DNA of 64,000 bases, from positions 79,298,001 to 79,362,000 of the forward strand of contig NC_042998.1 of assembly GCF_006345805.1 (NCBI RefSeq). Direction: 5' to 3'. Origin of the DNA: Octopus sinensis (taxonomy: Eukaryota). The translations under genes and the position numbers were made by a program. The notes beneath the pieces were generated by a model. It saw only the letters and a list, made by a program, of their open reading frames with translations. It did no database searches and was not told the origin of the DNA. Positions 1 to 13,574 of this stretch are shown piece after piece (the stretch's first letter is position 1; each line of letters opens with the position of its first letter).

Positions 1-33
1 TACTTACACATCAGGTGCGCATTTGCATACATA

Positions 34-155
34 CTACATACATGCAAACAGACAGACAGACAGATAAATAGATAGACATAATACATCAATACACACACAT
101 ACATACATACATACATACATACATACATACATACGTACATACATACACACACACA

Positions 156-187
<32 letters not shown>

Positions 188-302
188 CATACATACACAC
201 ACACACATACATGCATACATACATATACATACATACATACATACATACATACATACATACATACATACATACATACATACATACATACATACATACACAC
301 AT
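34..302. repeat. (TACA)n / (CA)n microsatellite
   Basis: Direct reading of the tandem TACA repeat; it explains the MYVC/HTYI pseudo-ORFs. Confidence 0.97.
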
Positions 303-1410
303 ACCAGTGCAGATGACCTTCGAATGTCGTATAGTCTCTCTCATGGAGCATTTGCTAAACAAAAGCAGCAAAAGTAAATACATAAACATAGTGCTAAAAA
401 GCGACGAGAACAACATCCCGCGAGTTACCATCGAACTTCCTAGGAAGCACTCTCTTCCTGTTGACCTCCCATTAAATCCAAACCAGCTGAACTAACATAC
501 CTCAAGGAAGACCTGGATGTGAAACACTCGACATACAAAAAAAGAAAGAGAAAGACTACACAGCGCCATGTTTTCCGAAGAATTGAAGAAGTCAGTGATG
601 TCTACAAGAAGCGCAGCTTCTGTTGGACTCTTGGCCGCTACATCACATCACACTTTGAAGGCTATGCATTGGCAGTACAAGAACAGGAGAATGCTACGAA
701 ATACCTAATAAATATAAGAGATAGTGAAGTCCTTGGAGTGTCAAGATGCAACAAGAATATGGATCATATCATAATTATGTGGAAGACATCTCACATGTGG
801 TTAGTAACTACCTAAAAATGTCATCAAGCGACTACTTCTCTATGTGACAAGATGTTGTTGCAAGAACAACATAAAATGCCATTCGGAAAAAATGACTGTC
901 CTGGAATAAATATAGAGAATCCCCCTGTTATTGAATACATTCGCAAGCATCAACACAAGGAATATTAGTGAAACATTCCCATCAAAACTCCTGTCAAGTG
1001 TAAATATAAACGGCCGGATGTTGCTGTTTAAGACAGACAAGAAAAAAGTATGCAGTTGTCCTGTTCATGTGAATATCTCTTTGGAAATCGAAGAGAAAGA
1101 GGGTAACTATAGACAACTGCTTTCAAACCTCCAGCTTCAATATCTAGAGTATAAATTCACATCTATTCCAATAATAATTGGCATCTTTTTCTGGATATGC
1201 TAGCATTTTCAGATAAAGAAATCAACCAGCTCACGCATTACATATAAAAACTGTAAGTTAAAAAGTAAAAATATGCATGACTTTTATCTATTTCAGAATG
1301 TGTCGTTGTTTTTGTTATCTATATTCCAATGACAAAACTTTGTATCTTTATTAGAAACCCGCTCCTTCCTAACAGGAAAACACTGAATAATTAAAAACAG
1401 TAGAGAACAT
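303..1410 (+). mobile_element. Degraded 3' part of an R4/Dong-like (RLE-type) non-LTR retrotransposon
   Basis: Fragments translate to ITSHFEGYALAVQEQENATKY (R4-clade post-RT motif) and KEY..NIPIKTPVKCKYKRPD (RLE motif). Homologous to 55357-56103 and 22700-22862. TACA/CATA repeats lie at both ends. Confidence 0.75.
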
Positions 1411-1999
1411 CATACATACATATACAATGAAATTACAAAGAATATTTGATGCAAAGATTCAGAGGGTCTAAAAGTTTAATATGTGAAAAACCTGGATAAA
1501 GTGGTCAGTTTAAAAGATGGATTATAACAATCCAAAGGTGCATACACTATTAGGAGCTTCCTCTGCAATGAAGTTCTGGCTGTGGGGAGGAAACTTAGGG
1601 GATGGTGAGATCAATTTCTGAATCAGGTAGCATGGTGTGCTCTGTTGTCTCAATGGTCCTGTGGGTAAAGACATGGACAGCGCAACACATATACCCCTTG
1701 GGCAAAGGATCAATCTTGGCCCATACTGATTGTTTTTTTTTCTATACAAAAAAAAAATGATAATAATAATCAAACGGATGTAAACAATCCGTTTGGCTTT
1801 AAAGTTTTTTTTTCGTTCAATGGACATTTAAGCTAATGTGTATACAGGAATACACACTTTTGTGAGTGTGCAGGAGTGTACGGTTATTCGATCATAGAGG
1901 CAACTATAAGTGCATATTTGCGTATGTCTGTCAGTCAGTCTGTTTGTCCGTTGGTCTGTATGTATGTATGTATGCCTGCATGTATATATGAGTGTATGG

Positions 2000-2034
2000 C
2001 TGCATGACGGTTTGTAAGCCGAAACTTCGAAGTA
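2000..2034 (+). ncRNA. Degenerate minimal hammerhead ribozyme motif
   Basis: CUG(C)AUGA-CGGUUUGUAAGCC-GAAAC-UUCGAA-GUA: palindromic stem III, but an insertion in the core and no stem I pairing. Confidence 0.4.
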
Positions 2035-2086
2035 AAGTCACTGTCAACTTTTCTTTGTAAACACACACACACACATATATATACTT

Positions 2087-2117
<31 letters not shown>

Positions 2118-3298
2118 TATTTCTGTGTAAGATTATGAATATATGTGTGCATGTATATGTATTACTTATATATAAATGTTTATATGTGTATGTGTGTTTG
2201 TCCATTGTGTGTATCTACAATATTCAAACCTGTTAGCATTTGTGTACATATTAATGAGCTTACGTATGAAAGTATATGTGTGAGTTTATGTGTCACCCTC
2301 CTCTAATATCCATATTTAACGCAAGCCAACTTCTCTAAATAAGTCAAGCCCCGCTACCATCCCAACGAAATTAAATTTATGGCTCTCTGAACCGACTATA
2401 GCGAAACTTTATCAAATTTAATAACGCTATTCGAAATCTTTCTCTAATAATAGTGTCTCCGACCACCCCTAATCACCTCGCACAGAAATTTATAACTGTA
2501 CAAACCCGTACCAATCTAAATAACCTGTCTCGCTTATCCCATTTATCTCATTAATGTTATTATTATATTTCTGTTATTACCACAATTACATCTGCATATA
2601 TTCTACCATTTCCTTACTTCGTATCTACTACACGTATATTCTCTGTCCTCACCTCATCCCGTTATCTCTTTCTAAGAACTTCTATTAGCTTTTTCTAATT
2701 ATCTTTTCATATTCTATTTATCCACTTTTTATTGTAATCTTTCTTTCCTTGTACATATTTACCTCGTTGCATTCTTAATAATTTATATACACATTTATGG
2801 TTACCTTTGTATATACTCCGATTCCAAACAAGCATTATTGTTTTATGTTTGAACGTGGCTTTACCGTTGTCCAAATTCGGTCGAACATTCTCAGCTACAA
2901 AGAGAGCACATATGGAAGATTTCATTGGATGCATGCTTAGCAGAATCGCAAAAATTGAGAAGTAATTCATTCACATAGCTTTGAATAAATCTTATTTCAC
3001 TCTACTTCACCACGTTGAGTACTTGCTTGTTTGTTATTTTGTATTCCTTAACTGTAAAACAAACACCGACGTGTATAATATACACGATTCCTTTATATCA
3101 CACATGCGCACAACTGGTTGAAGGAACGAATACAAGACAAGAAAATCAAAATAGAGATGAAGCGATTCATGAGCTTCGAACGAGTAAATGAACAACGCTA
3201 CACATCTAAATATGCCCAAATATCTATGTACAAAATTTGTAAGATCCGATAGAATTAGATATCTAAATAGTAAAAGAACCAAAGTAGTGTCGTGGATA

Positions 3299-3718
3299 GG
3301 CGCAGGAGTGGCTGTGTGGTAAGTAGCTTGCTAACCAACCACATGGTTCCGGGTTCAGTCGCACTGCGTGGCATCTTGGGCAAGTGTCTTCTGCTATAGC
3401 CCCGGGCCGACCAAAGCCTTGTGAGTGGATTTGGTAGACGGAAACTGAAAGAAGCCCGTCGTATATATGTATATATATATATATATGTATGCGTGTGTGT
3501 GTGTTTGTGTAGTCTGTGTTTGTCCCCCTAGCGTTGCTTGACAACCGATGCTGGTGTGTTTATGTCCCCGTCACTTAGCGGTTCGGCAAAAGAGACCGAT
3601 AGAATAAGTACTGGGCTTACAAAAGAATAAGTCCTGGGGTCGATTTGCTCGACTAAAAAGGTGGTGCTCCAGCATGGCCACAGTCAAATTGACTGAAACA
3701 AGTAAAAGAGTAAAAGAG
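3299..3718 (+). mobile_element. tRNA-derived SINE family A (CORE-like), full length
   Basis: A-box TGGCTGTGTGGT, B-box GGTTCAGTC, CORE-like CTTGGGCAAGTG, internal microsatellite and (GTAAAAGA)n tail; many copies in the window. Confidence 0.9.
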
Positions 3719-4004
3719 AAAAAAGAGAGAGAGAGTGCATTAGTGCACTAATAATGTATTGACATATATGTACTTACTAAAATAAATACGGACTCATCAC
3801 GCCAAGTAATGAACGAATATGCAACGAGTACGCACAGTCACACTAAGCACTCATACTTTGGTTTCGGAAAATTAAACTATGAATTTTCATGCCTCTTTTT
3901 TTTTCTTCACTTTTTCCATCTCCTTATTTTTTTTACTCCTTTCCTCTATGTTGTCAACTTATTGATATATACCATTCTCATTTTCCATATTTTTTCCCCA
4001 ACGT

Positions 4005-4060
4005 GTCTCTGATGACGGAATATCCCATACTCGAGGATATCCCAGAAACAGCTGTAAGAT
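4005..4060 (+). ncRNA. Type I minimal hammerhead ribozyme (Penelope-type)
   Basis: GUCU-CUGAUGA-C[GGAAUAUCC..GGAUAUCCC]A-GAAAC-AGCU-GUA-AGAU; palindromic stem III; (TA)n about 40 nt downstream. Confidence 0.7.
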
Positions 4061-4111
4061 TTTGAATTTCTTCCTTAATGTTTGACGTCCTGGTTAACAA
4101 TGATATATATA

Positions 4112-4155
<44 letters not shown>

Positions 4156-4530
4156 TCACACACATATACATGTACGCTTGCATGCATGCATACATACATG
4201 CATGTATACATACATACATACATACACGTGCACACATTCGCGCGCGCATTCATATATGTCTGTGTTTAAATATTGGAAAGCTTCGTCGTGGATATTATAA
4301 GAATAAAACTATATTCTATTAATGCTTTTAATGTGCAGAACAAAAGTGAGAAGAGCGACGTCTCCTGACAGGCCGTTTAACATTTTTTAACTGTTCCTCA
4401 GATAAAATGTACCCAGCTTCCTTCCACACTCGAAAACAGAGTCTTCTTGCCATATAAGCAATCATAATTTAGACCAGCATTAGTAGATGGCTTAATTTAC
4501 GTGTGTGTGTTTGTGATATACACCATATAT

Positions 4531-4577
<47 letters not shown>

Positions 4578-4618
4578 TATATATACATATATGGTGTATA
4601 TCACACACACACACACGT

Positions 4619-4692
<74 letters not shown>

Positions 4693-5207
4693 CACATGTA
4701 TGTGTGTATGCATATATCGTGTAAAGTATGCAAACAATACGAATATTGAAAAGCAAAGAAAAAGAAACATACATTAAAGCAATCTGCATTTTTTTTCTTA
4801 CTCATAATAATGACCTTAAGCATCATGTCTTTGCTTTAATCTTTAGTCGCGAAAAAGGCGCCTTCTAACAACAGCTTCGTTTCTGTACACATTGGCGAGA
4901 TCACGTCGTTTAAGACAAGTTTGAAACTGATAATAACCAAAAGAAATTAAGGCGGAATACTTATATAGTGACATTAACTAACCGTCTTATATGTGTAAAC
5001 ACTTCAAACACAGTAATCAACCGTGTTTTCATAGTGCTTCGTCAGTCTTATAAATTGAATAAGCATTACAAAACTCTCTCACTCTCCCCCCTCTCTCTCT
5101 CTCTCTCAGTCTCTCTCTCTCGTCTCTCTCTCTCTCAGTCTCTCCCTCTCAGTCTCTCTCTCTCTCTCTCTGCTCTCCATATATATAAATATATATATAT
5201 ATATGTA

Positions 5208-5254
<47 letters not shown>

Positions 5255-5473
5255 TATATATATATATGTATATACACATATATCCATATATACATATATA
5301 GACAAATATATAACACACACATTATATTATAACATGGAATAGACTCTCTCACATCAGTTCTCTTTTCTGTTCTTTCTCTCCTTTTCCCTCTCCTTCTTTC
5401 TCTCTCTTTATATATATGTGTTTAATATATATATATATATATAATATATATATATTAATTATTATATAGAAGG

Positions 5474-5523
5474 AGCTTCTACAGACTAGAACTGTTTCAT
5501 TCAAGAGAAATCTTCAGGAAGCT
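5474..5523 (-). ncRNA. Type I hammerhead ribozyme
   Basis: Minus strand reads AGCUUC-CUGAAGA-UUUCUCUUGAAU-GAAACAG-UUCUAGU-CUGUA-GAAGCU: 6-bp stem I, looped stem III, GUA site, weak stem II. Confidence 0.75.
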
Positions 5524-5872
5524 AGTTAACAAAATTGTATTGGCATTTATACATTTAGGCATTTTAAAGGGGTGTTGGTGGGGGACTTTTTGGGGGTAGG
5601 CATAGCGCAAAAAATCATACTTGGGGAGTGGTCAAGGAGTCAGTGTTAAATTAGATAGGAGAATAATAAAAAATAAAAAAAAATAAAAAATAAAAAATAA
5701 AAATAAAAAAAAAAAATATAAAATATAAAAATAAAAAATAAAAATAAAAAAAAAAAATAGAATAAAATATAAAAAATAAAAAAATAAAAAATAATAAAAT
5801 AAAAATAAAAAAATAAAAAATATACATATATATATATATATCTATACAATATGTTACATTACTCGTAGTCCA

Positions 5873-5935
5873 AGATAAAACTCTGAGTTTCAGATGCCGA
5901 AGTGGAAATCCACAACACCATCTCTTCGGTTATCT
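5873..5935 (-). ncRNA. Degenerate hammerhead motif
   Basis: AGAUAA-CCGAAGA-GAUG..CAUCU-GAAACUCAGAGUU-UUAUCU; U4>C substitution in the core. Confidence 0.5.
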
Positions 5936-5986
5936 GGCTATTTGAAAACATTATGAAAAATACCGTTAAAAATGAAGGGAAATTAC

Positions 5987-6086
5987 NNNNNNNNNNNNNN
6001 NNNNNNNNNNNNNNNNNNNNNNNNNNNNNNNNNNNNNNNNNNNNNNNNNNNNNNNNNNNNNNNNNNNNNNNNNNNNNNNNNNNNNN
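5987..6086. other. Assembly gap (100 N)
   Basis: Run of N. Confidence 1.
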
Positions 6087-7291
6087 CCTTTTTTCTCATC
6101 TTCCTTTTCTATTTTATTTGCTCTTGTCGCCATGTTGTCGGTCTTCATTTAGTTGTTTCTTTTTTCTTCTTTTTTTTTATTAGTGGAGTTGTTGCAGTTG
6201 TATTTGTTACTATTAGTGCGGTTGTTGTCGTAGTTGGAGGCGTTTAGAACCGAATTTGATCGAGCAGACCTCTGATGAAAGGTCACCATGTCTTTTTCCT
6301 TAAGTATAGAACACCTGGGACCATATTTCCCAATAAGTTCTTGGCTAAAAACGGTAGGGCTTGATTTGAGTGAGAGTGGCGCGTTGGCTCAAATTGGTTG
6401 TACAGTTGTTGTTGTTAGTGGTGGTGTTGGAGGTCGTCGTGGTCGTCGTGGTCGTCGTGGTCGTCGTGGTCGTTGTGGTCGTCGTCGTTATCGTGACGGT
6501 GATTATGGTGACGGAGTGCTATTATTGCCGTTGCTTAGTCAGAAGTCAGAGACGTAAGCGTCCCTGTTGATATTGGCGGTTTTCTCTTTTTTTTTTCTAG
6601 CGTGTGTGGGGTGGGGGATAACAGTTAGTGAAGAATATTGCCGTGTTAGTGGACTAAATGGCGATCGCTGAATAGGTACCAGTATTGTTGATGTTGTCCT
6701 TGCCGTTTGGGTACCAGTATTGTTGATGCTGTTAAAGCCGGTAGTTGTAGCTGTGGCGTTGGCGGTGATATTTTCTGTTGGTGACTTTAGAGGGTGGGGG
6801 AGGCATTATTAATTTTCTTTTCCTCTACCTCCTTTTTCCTCTTTTTTTTTCTTTCTTCCAATGCACTAAGGAACTGAGTCTGTGAACACATCGAAACAAA
6901 GTTCCAACAGTAGTAAAGGCGCCAATCGCCTGGGAAAAGAAAAACTGAAAAAACTTGCCCTCTGTTATTGAACCAGGACGACTCTGCGTCTAGGTCATGC
7001 GAATACCAGTGTTGTTTAACAATGGTTACAAAATGGATAGGCGTGTGTATATAAGTGTTTGTTCACAAGCTCCTACAAAAGACATGTATGCATACATACA
7101 TACATAAATATATGAGTGTCTGCATGAGTGTGTATACGTATGTATACATATATAAATATATTGATATTTATATTATTAATGTATAATAAAACATGATGCA
7201 TATATATATACGTATATAATATTATTTTAAATAACATATTATAAATATATATTATATATATATATATATATATAAAATATATATATATATA

Positions 7292-7410
<119 letters not shown>

Positions 7411-7702
7411 TATATTATATATATATATTACACACACACAAACACATGTGCGTGTATGTATGTGTATATTTGTGTGTGTGTGAGAGAGAGAGAAAGAGAG
7501 AGAGAGAGAGTAATCACTATTTGTATGAAAATTATAAAGACAGCATATTTACTTATGCACGTACGAATGCTGTATTAATAAATCCGTCAGTGTGCACACA
7601 CATATATACGTCCATATATGTGTGTGCGTGCGCGCGCGTGTGTGTTAGTCGTAGAAAATAAAAAAAAAAAAGGTTCCGGTATATATATATATATATATAT
7701 AT

Positions 7703-7848
7703 CCTTGTTTCTTTCTGTGTTTCTTTCTGTGGAAGAGCGTAGGCTCGAAACGTTAAATACTTTTTCACTTCCCGAGTGTTAAACTAATACATCTGCTTGT
7801 TGTCTACACCATCTGTCTTCGTCTTTTGTTTTTGTTTTTGTGAATTCT

Positions 7849-7851
<3 letters not shown>
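7703..7851 (+). mobile_element. Relative of the hammerhead-bearing short element (family D-like) inside (TA)n
   Basis: CTGTGGAAGAGCGTAGGCTCGAAACGTTAAA core (7727-7757); (TA)n on both sides. Confidence 0.65.
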
Positions 7852-7882
<31 letters not shown>

Positions 7883-8417
7883 ATATATATTATATATATA
7901 TATATATACACACACACATAATGTGAATGTGCGAAGATGTATATACGCGTGTGTGTGTATGTGCACGCGCGCGCGCGGTAGTATGTGCATATACATGTAT
8001 GTATATATATATATTTCTGTGCATGTGTGATGTTTTTCGTAGATAGAAACACAAGTGTTCAATACATCCTCGTGTTACAGATGTGTAAAACCTCTTGTGA
8101 GATTATTCGAATGAGGGATTTAAAGACGGACAGACTTAAAGAGACAAACAAAAGAGAAAGAAAGACAGAAAGATGTGTGTAGATGTTTATACGCGACCCG
8201 CATCTTGTGCAAAGCAGCTGTTACACATGAACATCTACGACTACACAATAAATAAGAAAGAAACTCGACTTATTGCCATGGGATCACTGACAGTTGTTAC
8301 CTCCTTCTCTGTTTCACAGATGTGTTGTCACCACACCGCCCTATGCCTTTTGTACCACCAGTACCATAACCTATGCTCCTCGTTCGTAGCTGGATGCATA
8401 TCTAACAATGTTCAACT

Positions 8418-8692
8418 GGTGACCAGTAATAAAGTCACAGTAATAAAGTCACAGTAATAAAGTCACAATTTTGGCTAGGAAAAAAGTCATAGGGAATAAA
8501 AGTCACAATTAATTTATGGTGGACGGTAATAAAGTCACAAGAAAAAAGTGACAATTTATGGGATCCGGACAAAAACTCCATAGGACAAAACCCCCTCAGA
8601 CAAAACCCACCCCGGACAAAACCCACCCCGGACAAGACTCCTATGACATTTTTCCTGTGACATTTTTTCCTGTGACTTTTTTACCAGGATTC
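8418..8692. mobile_element. Foldback/MULE-like non-autonomous element with tandem subterminal repeats
   Basis: (TAATAAAGTCACAG)x3 at the left, inverted (TTTTTTCCTGTGAC)n at the right, internal GGACAAAACCC repeats. Confidence 0.6.
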
Positions 8693-8831
8693 GTTCAACC
8701 GACATTGCTAAGTGCTACACTAAATGATAGTTTACAGATAATATTTTAGTCTTGTTCTTCTTAGCAGGTCTCCGTTCTCCAGCTACCCTCAGTCTGTTTC
8801 TCTCTGTCATTCTCTCACCCTCTCCCTTACT

Positions 8832-8872
<41 letters not shown>

Positions 8873-9077
8873 TGCATATAAATAGGGTTATTTAAAAATA
8901 ATAAAGTAGCTATTTTTAAATACGTCTAAGATAAACAATAAATAGAACATTTACCTGACGGAGTGATTTTACACTAGAGTAGCCAAATGTATGTATTCAT
9001 GTGTCACCCCTTTTTTCCTCGCCCAATATTATTTCTTTCCATTCTAGGCCTCGCACTAATCATCCTTTCTCCTACAG

Positions 9078-9419
9078 CAGGGGTTCCCAATAACTCTTTT
9101 TTTTTATCTATGGACTCCTTTGATTGCTATTTTATTTCGGTGGACCCCCGTAGCCATTCGATGTCTAAAAACTAGTTTTATAGAAACTTCTTTCGAAATT
9201 CCTATTTTATGTTTCACACATTCACTTGTGCAGGTTGGACTATGTAAAATGTTAGAAAAAGAAATTTACCTGCTTCTTGCAATGCATACAGCTAAAGCAA
9301 ATTTTTTAGGAGCCCTTAAAATACTATTGTGGGTCTCCACTTTACTGTTTTGTTGTGTGGAGTCCCATAAATCTTATATGAACCCTCAGGGGCCATATGG
9401 ACCCGGTTGAGAACCACTA
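9078..9419. mobile_element. hAT/Charlie-like MITE
   Basis: Termini CAGGGGTTCCCAAA ... GGTTGAGAACCACTA; imperfect 8-bp flanks TCCTACAG/GCCTCGAG. Confidence 0.65.
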
Positions 9420-9965
9420 GCCTCGAGGATCAACATCCTAGAATCCCTCTCAGCCCATATATTTCTTTCCTGTCCTAACTTCTTGTTGATCAAGACGATG
9501 ATCAACGATATCGAATCCACCAGTCTTGGAGAGTCTGTGATTGTCAAGGTCGCTGATCCCTCATTCTGAAAAAAATTAGTAAAACAAAAAAAGGGAAAAA
9601 GTAGGCAAATAAAAGGTAGCATCCTTTTAAGAAAAGGCTTACGGTTGATTGAGCCCTTAAACAAACAAACAATACCCAGTTGTTAAGAATTTCATTGCTG
9701 CCTCAAAAATGTAGTAAATATGAACCACAGAAGTCGTCTCGCAACTTTCACGTATTTAGCAGTAATTACGAATATGTCAGAAGTAAAATGGCCTAGAGTG
9801 ACTTATTGATCTACCATTCTATGATGAATTGTTCTGAAATCTTGGGAAGCTGATTTTTCTGACAATTTAAATGTAGGACACTATTTATAAATCTCACCTA
9901 TCATGCAACACTTGTCAGTTACACTACGTTTCCATCAGTTTGATAATGTATATATGTATATTTGC

Positions 9966-10037
<72 letters not shown>

Positions 10038-10211
10038 CTACATATATATATATAATAGATCATATATATATAATATATATATAAATTAATATAGATATAT
10101 AACATATATATATTATATATATACATATATCATATATATATATATAAATACATATATATATACATATATATTACATCTATATATACATATATACATATAT
10201 ATGTGTATATA

Positions 10212-10280
<69 letters not shown>

Positions 10281-10602
10281 TATAGCTATAGATATATAGA
10301 TATCTATATGTATGTATACATAAATGTGTGTGTGTGCCGTGCGTGTGCGTATGTGTATATAGATAGACAGGCAGACACACAGAAAATGAACTGTTAAGCA
10401 AACATTAAAACATATCTGGAAACAACATTATACATACAGATAGAATAAATACGCATTTTGAATTTTTGAGATGTTGAAGTTACGTGTATTTCATTTACAA
10501 TCATCAGATGTGAAAGTGAGATATTATACATTATACATACCTAGTTTAAAATATCTAGCTGCCTATCCACACACACGCACGCATATATACATATATTATA
10601 TA

Positions 10603-10650
<48 letters not shown>

Positions 10651-10789
10651 CACAACCACCATACATATATACATATATAATTATGTATATATATATATAC
10701 ACATATACATATATATATATATATATGCACACACACATATATTATATATATATGAAGAGAGAGAGAGAGAGGGGGAATCGTAAAAAGAA

Positions 10790-12110
10790 AAAAGAGAAAA
10801 TGCACATTGGATATAAAAAATAATGGCTTTTTTATGAAAAGTAACGAAATATATATACATATATACGAAATATATATACATATATACGAAATATATATAG
10901 GTGAACTGAGTTAGAATTAAGAGGTATAAAAGTCATTATTTTGAATTATTAAAGAGATTCAAAGTCGTACCGGTATCGTACCAATCATCACTACAAAAAT
11001 ATGGCACCGCATTTTATTGCTATTGAAAGGAGAACTGGAAGAGGTATTTAGATGATTGCTTTATACTTTGGAAAGATAACATGGACAAACTTCTCGAGTT
11101 CAAAATAATGCTCAACAATATCAATAGCAACATACAATTCACCATGGAACACAGCAATAAACAACTTCCTTTTCTTGACATCCTAATTAAAATAGTCAAT
11201 AACCACACCGAAACGGATATCTTCTATAAACCCACAGATTCAAAATAATACCTATTATTCAACTCATGCCACCCCAAACACATGAAAATTAATATACCTT
11301 ATAATCTGGCGAAAAGAATCTATACCATAGTTTCGGGCACCAATACTCGTGAACGAAGACTCCTTGAACTCAGATCAATACTAATCAAGAGACATTACCC
11401 AACATCATTAATAAATGATGGGATTAAACGAGAAAAGGAAACAGACATATGAAGATTAAGAGAAGTCAACCGAAATACTACACCAGACTTAAAAATACTC
11501 CCATACATCTCCACACACAACCCTAGAAACAACGAGGCCTTCAACATCATCATCCAAAATCTACCCATTCTCACAGAAGATAAAACAATGAAAACATAGA
11601 AAGATGTCCTGGGAACATTACACCGGACTTCCTAATTTTCCCTTTCTATCAATGTTCACAAAACACCTCAGTACAGCAGAGAAAAAATAAAGAGGCAACT
11701 TTCGTTAATAAATATCATCCACAACTCAACGTGAACACGCAAAATAACACAAGACACTACTAACCTTACCAATAATACCACTAATTTCCATACATCCCAT
11801 ACACCATTCATATTACGGTAATTATATCTACCCTAATTACACCGCTTCCAGAACTGCTTACCTCCCTTGCAAGTAACCTTTTCACTCAGGTACTATTAGA
11901 CCCGCAGCTTTTGGAAATCGGTGCTCATTCAAAGCCAGTGAACAGCTTTTGACGATACCACTATGACTTTGAATCTCTTTAATAATTCAAAATAATGACT
12001 TTTATACCTCTTAATTCTACCTCAGTGTATCTAATTGTATATATATTTCGTTACTTTTCATTAAAAAAAGCCATTATTTTTTATATCCAATGTGCATTTT
12101 CCCTTTTTTC
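10790..12110 (+). mobile_element. Penelope-like element fragment (RT C-terminal part) bracketed by about 190-bp inverted repeats
   Basis: From 11027: KENWKRYLDDCFILWK..NIQFTME..LPFLDILI..TDIFYKPTDS..SCHPKH, with stops. 10790-10980 is the reverse complement of about 11950-12110. Confidence 0.85.
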
Positions 12111-12167
12111 TTCTTTTTACTTTTTCCATATTTATAGTCTCTTTTCTCTTTGAAACCTAATTATTAT

Positions 12168-12208
<41 letters not shown>

Positions 12209-12239
12209 TGTGCGTGTGTGTGTATATATATATACTATA

Positions 12240-12277
<38 letters not shown>

Positions 12278-12282
<5 letters not shown>

Positions 12283-12488
12283 ATCCAAACATGAAAGCAA
12301 AAAAAACACAACAACGCGAGGACGTGGAAAAATATAGTATTATTGGACGCTCAGGAAAGAAGGAAAGAAGGAGGGTTTAACGTTTCGAGCGGAGCTCTTC
12401 GTCGGAAACATAGGAGAAGGAAAGATCCAGAGAAGGGAAGACAGAGGAAAAAAAGTCGCCAACGGTACACACGCGGACACATTTTGAA
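12278..12488 (-). mobile_element. Family D hammerhead-bearing short element, monomer inserted in (TA)n
   Basis: Near-identical to the 57354-57572 unit; hammerhead on the minus strand with a CCGACGA (mutated) core; (TA)n on both sides. Confidence 0.85.
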
Positions 12489-12780
12489 TATATATATATA
12501 TATAAATTCCGAATAATGACGTAATGTAATAGGTATGTACGATAAGTGCTCAGGTTGGTTTACTTCTAAAATCTCGACTTGAACTGCAACTAAATCAAAG
12601 ATGCTATTGTAGCCCCCTAGCAAAGAATGGTTATAAGTACTTCATCGTTGAGCAGATAGATAGATATCAGAAATAAAGAATGAAGAATCAAAGCATGTGG
12701 TATCTCTTTAGAGCGTGTAATTTATAATTCAAACATAATTGCGAAGTAATTAGAGTAAATAAAGGATTAAAAAATAAAGT

Positions 12781-12873
12781 CTCTTACACCTGTTTCTAGA
12801 ATAGTTGTGCATATCGTGTATAGATCATTGAGCAAAGATTTCCATATAAGCTAAATATACCGTCTTCAGGGAG
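12781..12873 (-). ncRNA. Degenerate hammerhead motif with long stem II
   Basis: CUGAAGACGG...CUAGAAAC-AGGU-GUA-AGAG; same architecture as 4005-4060. Confidence 0.5.
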
Positions 12874-13574
12874 GAAGAATTAGGGAACGTCTTTTATAAA
12901 GAATATTAGTGGTTATCAGTTCCATCGTCGAAAAATTAAGGAATATATTTAGGAAAGAATAATAATAGTTACCAGTGCCACCATCGAAAAAAGAGTGAGG
13001 TAGATTATAAGTGGAAGGCCTTATATGTCGAAATACATATTTTTGTGTCCCGGGAGAGTGATTTATGCCAATAATGATCCCGTTGCAGAGCTGGTGTAGG
13101 GAGGGTACTTCCTAAGTGAAGTCATGGATGGCGATGAAAGAATTCTAATGAACCTAGCTGATTGGTTGACCGAATAATTGATCGAACAATCTATTAGTTA
13201 ACTAGCTAAATGGTTAACTAATTTACTGATTGTAATGATAAAAGAAGTCAAACAGAACCACTGCATGAGTTTGTCATTGACACAATGACCCTCTCAAGAT
13301 TACAACAACACCTTAGATAATTTCACTCTCATATTCCATTCTTTATTGCGCGAAAACACTTTTAATGACTCAGTTTCTGAAGATTATAGTGGTTTGACTG
13401 AAATGAGATATATACCTTGTATACTTTCCAATTTAAGTATAATCCTCATAGACAGACATCGAAATAAGCAATTCTTCCTAAGATTATAAAATTATTTTGC
13501 TCTATATATAAAACACCGAAAAGTACATCTTTACAAGAAACCTCAAATTGTACAAATTTTCAGCAATTTTGCAG

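Noticed and set aside
1-20. CAG|GTGCGC as a donor for the hkb-like exon
   Set aside because: In the required phase it gives TSG rather than the H-T/S-G linker, so it does not complete a zinc finger.
5660-5822. Long A-rich tract
   Set aside because: Low-complexity sequence close to an assembly gap; possibly poor consensus quality.
6288-6570. GRR-repeat / poly-Val ORFs
   Set aside because: Produced by a (GGTCGTCGT)n/(GTT)n simple repeat next to a degenerate SINE; no other coding signal.
8320-8369. Possible short terminal exon (acceptor TTCTCTGTTTCACAG, peptide DVLSPHRPMPFVPPVP*)
   Set aside because: Too short and without recognisable homology; cannot be supported without transcripts.
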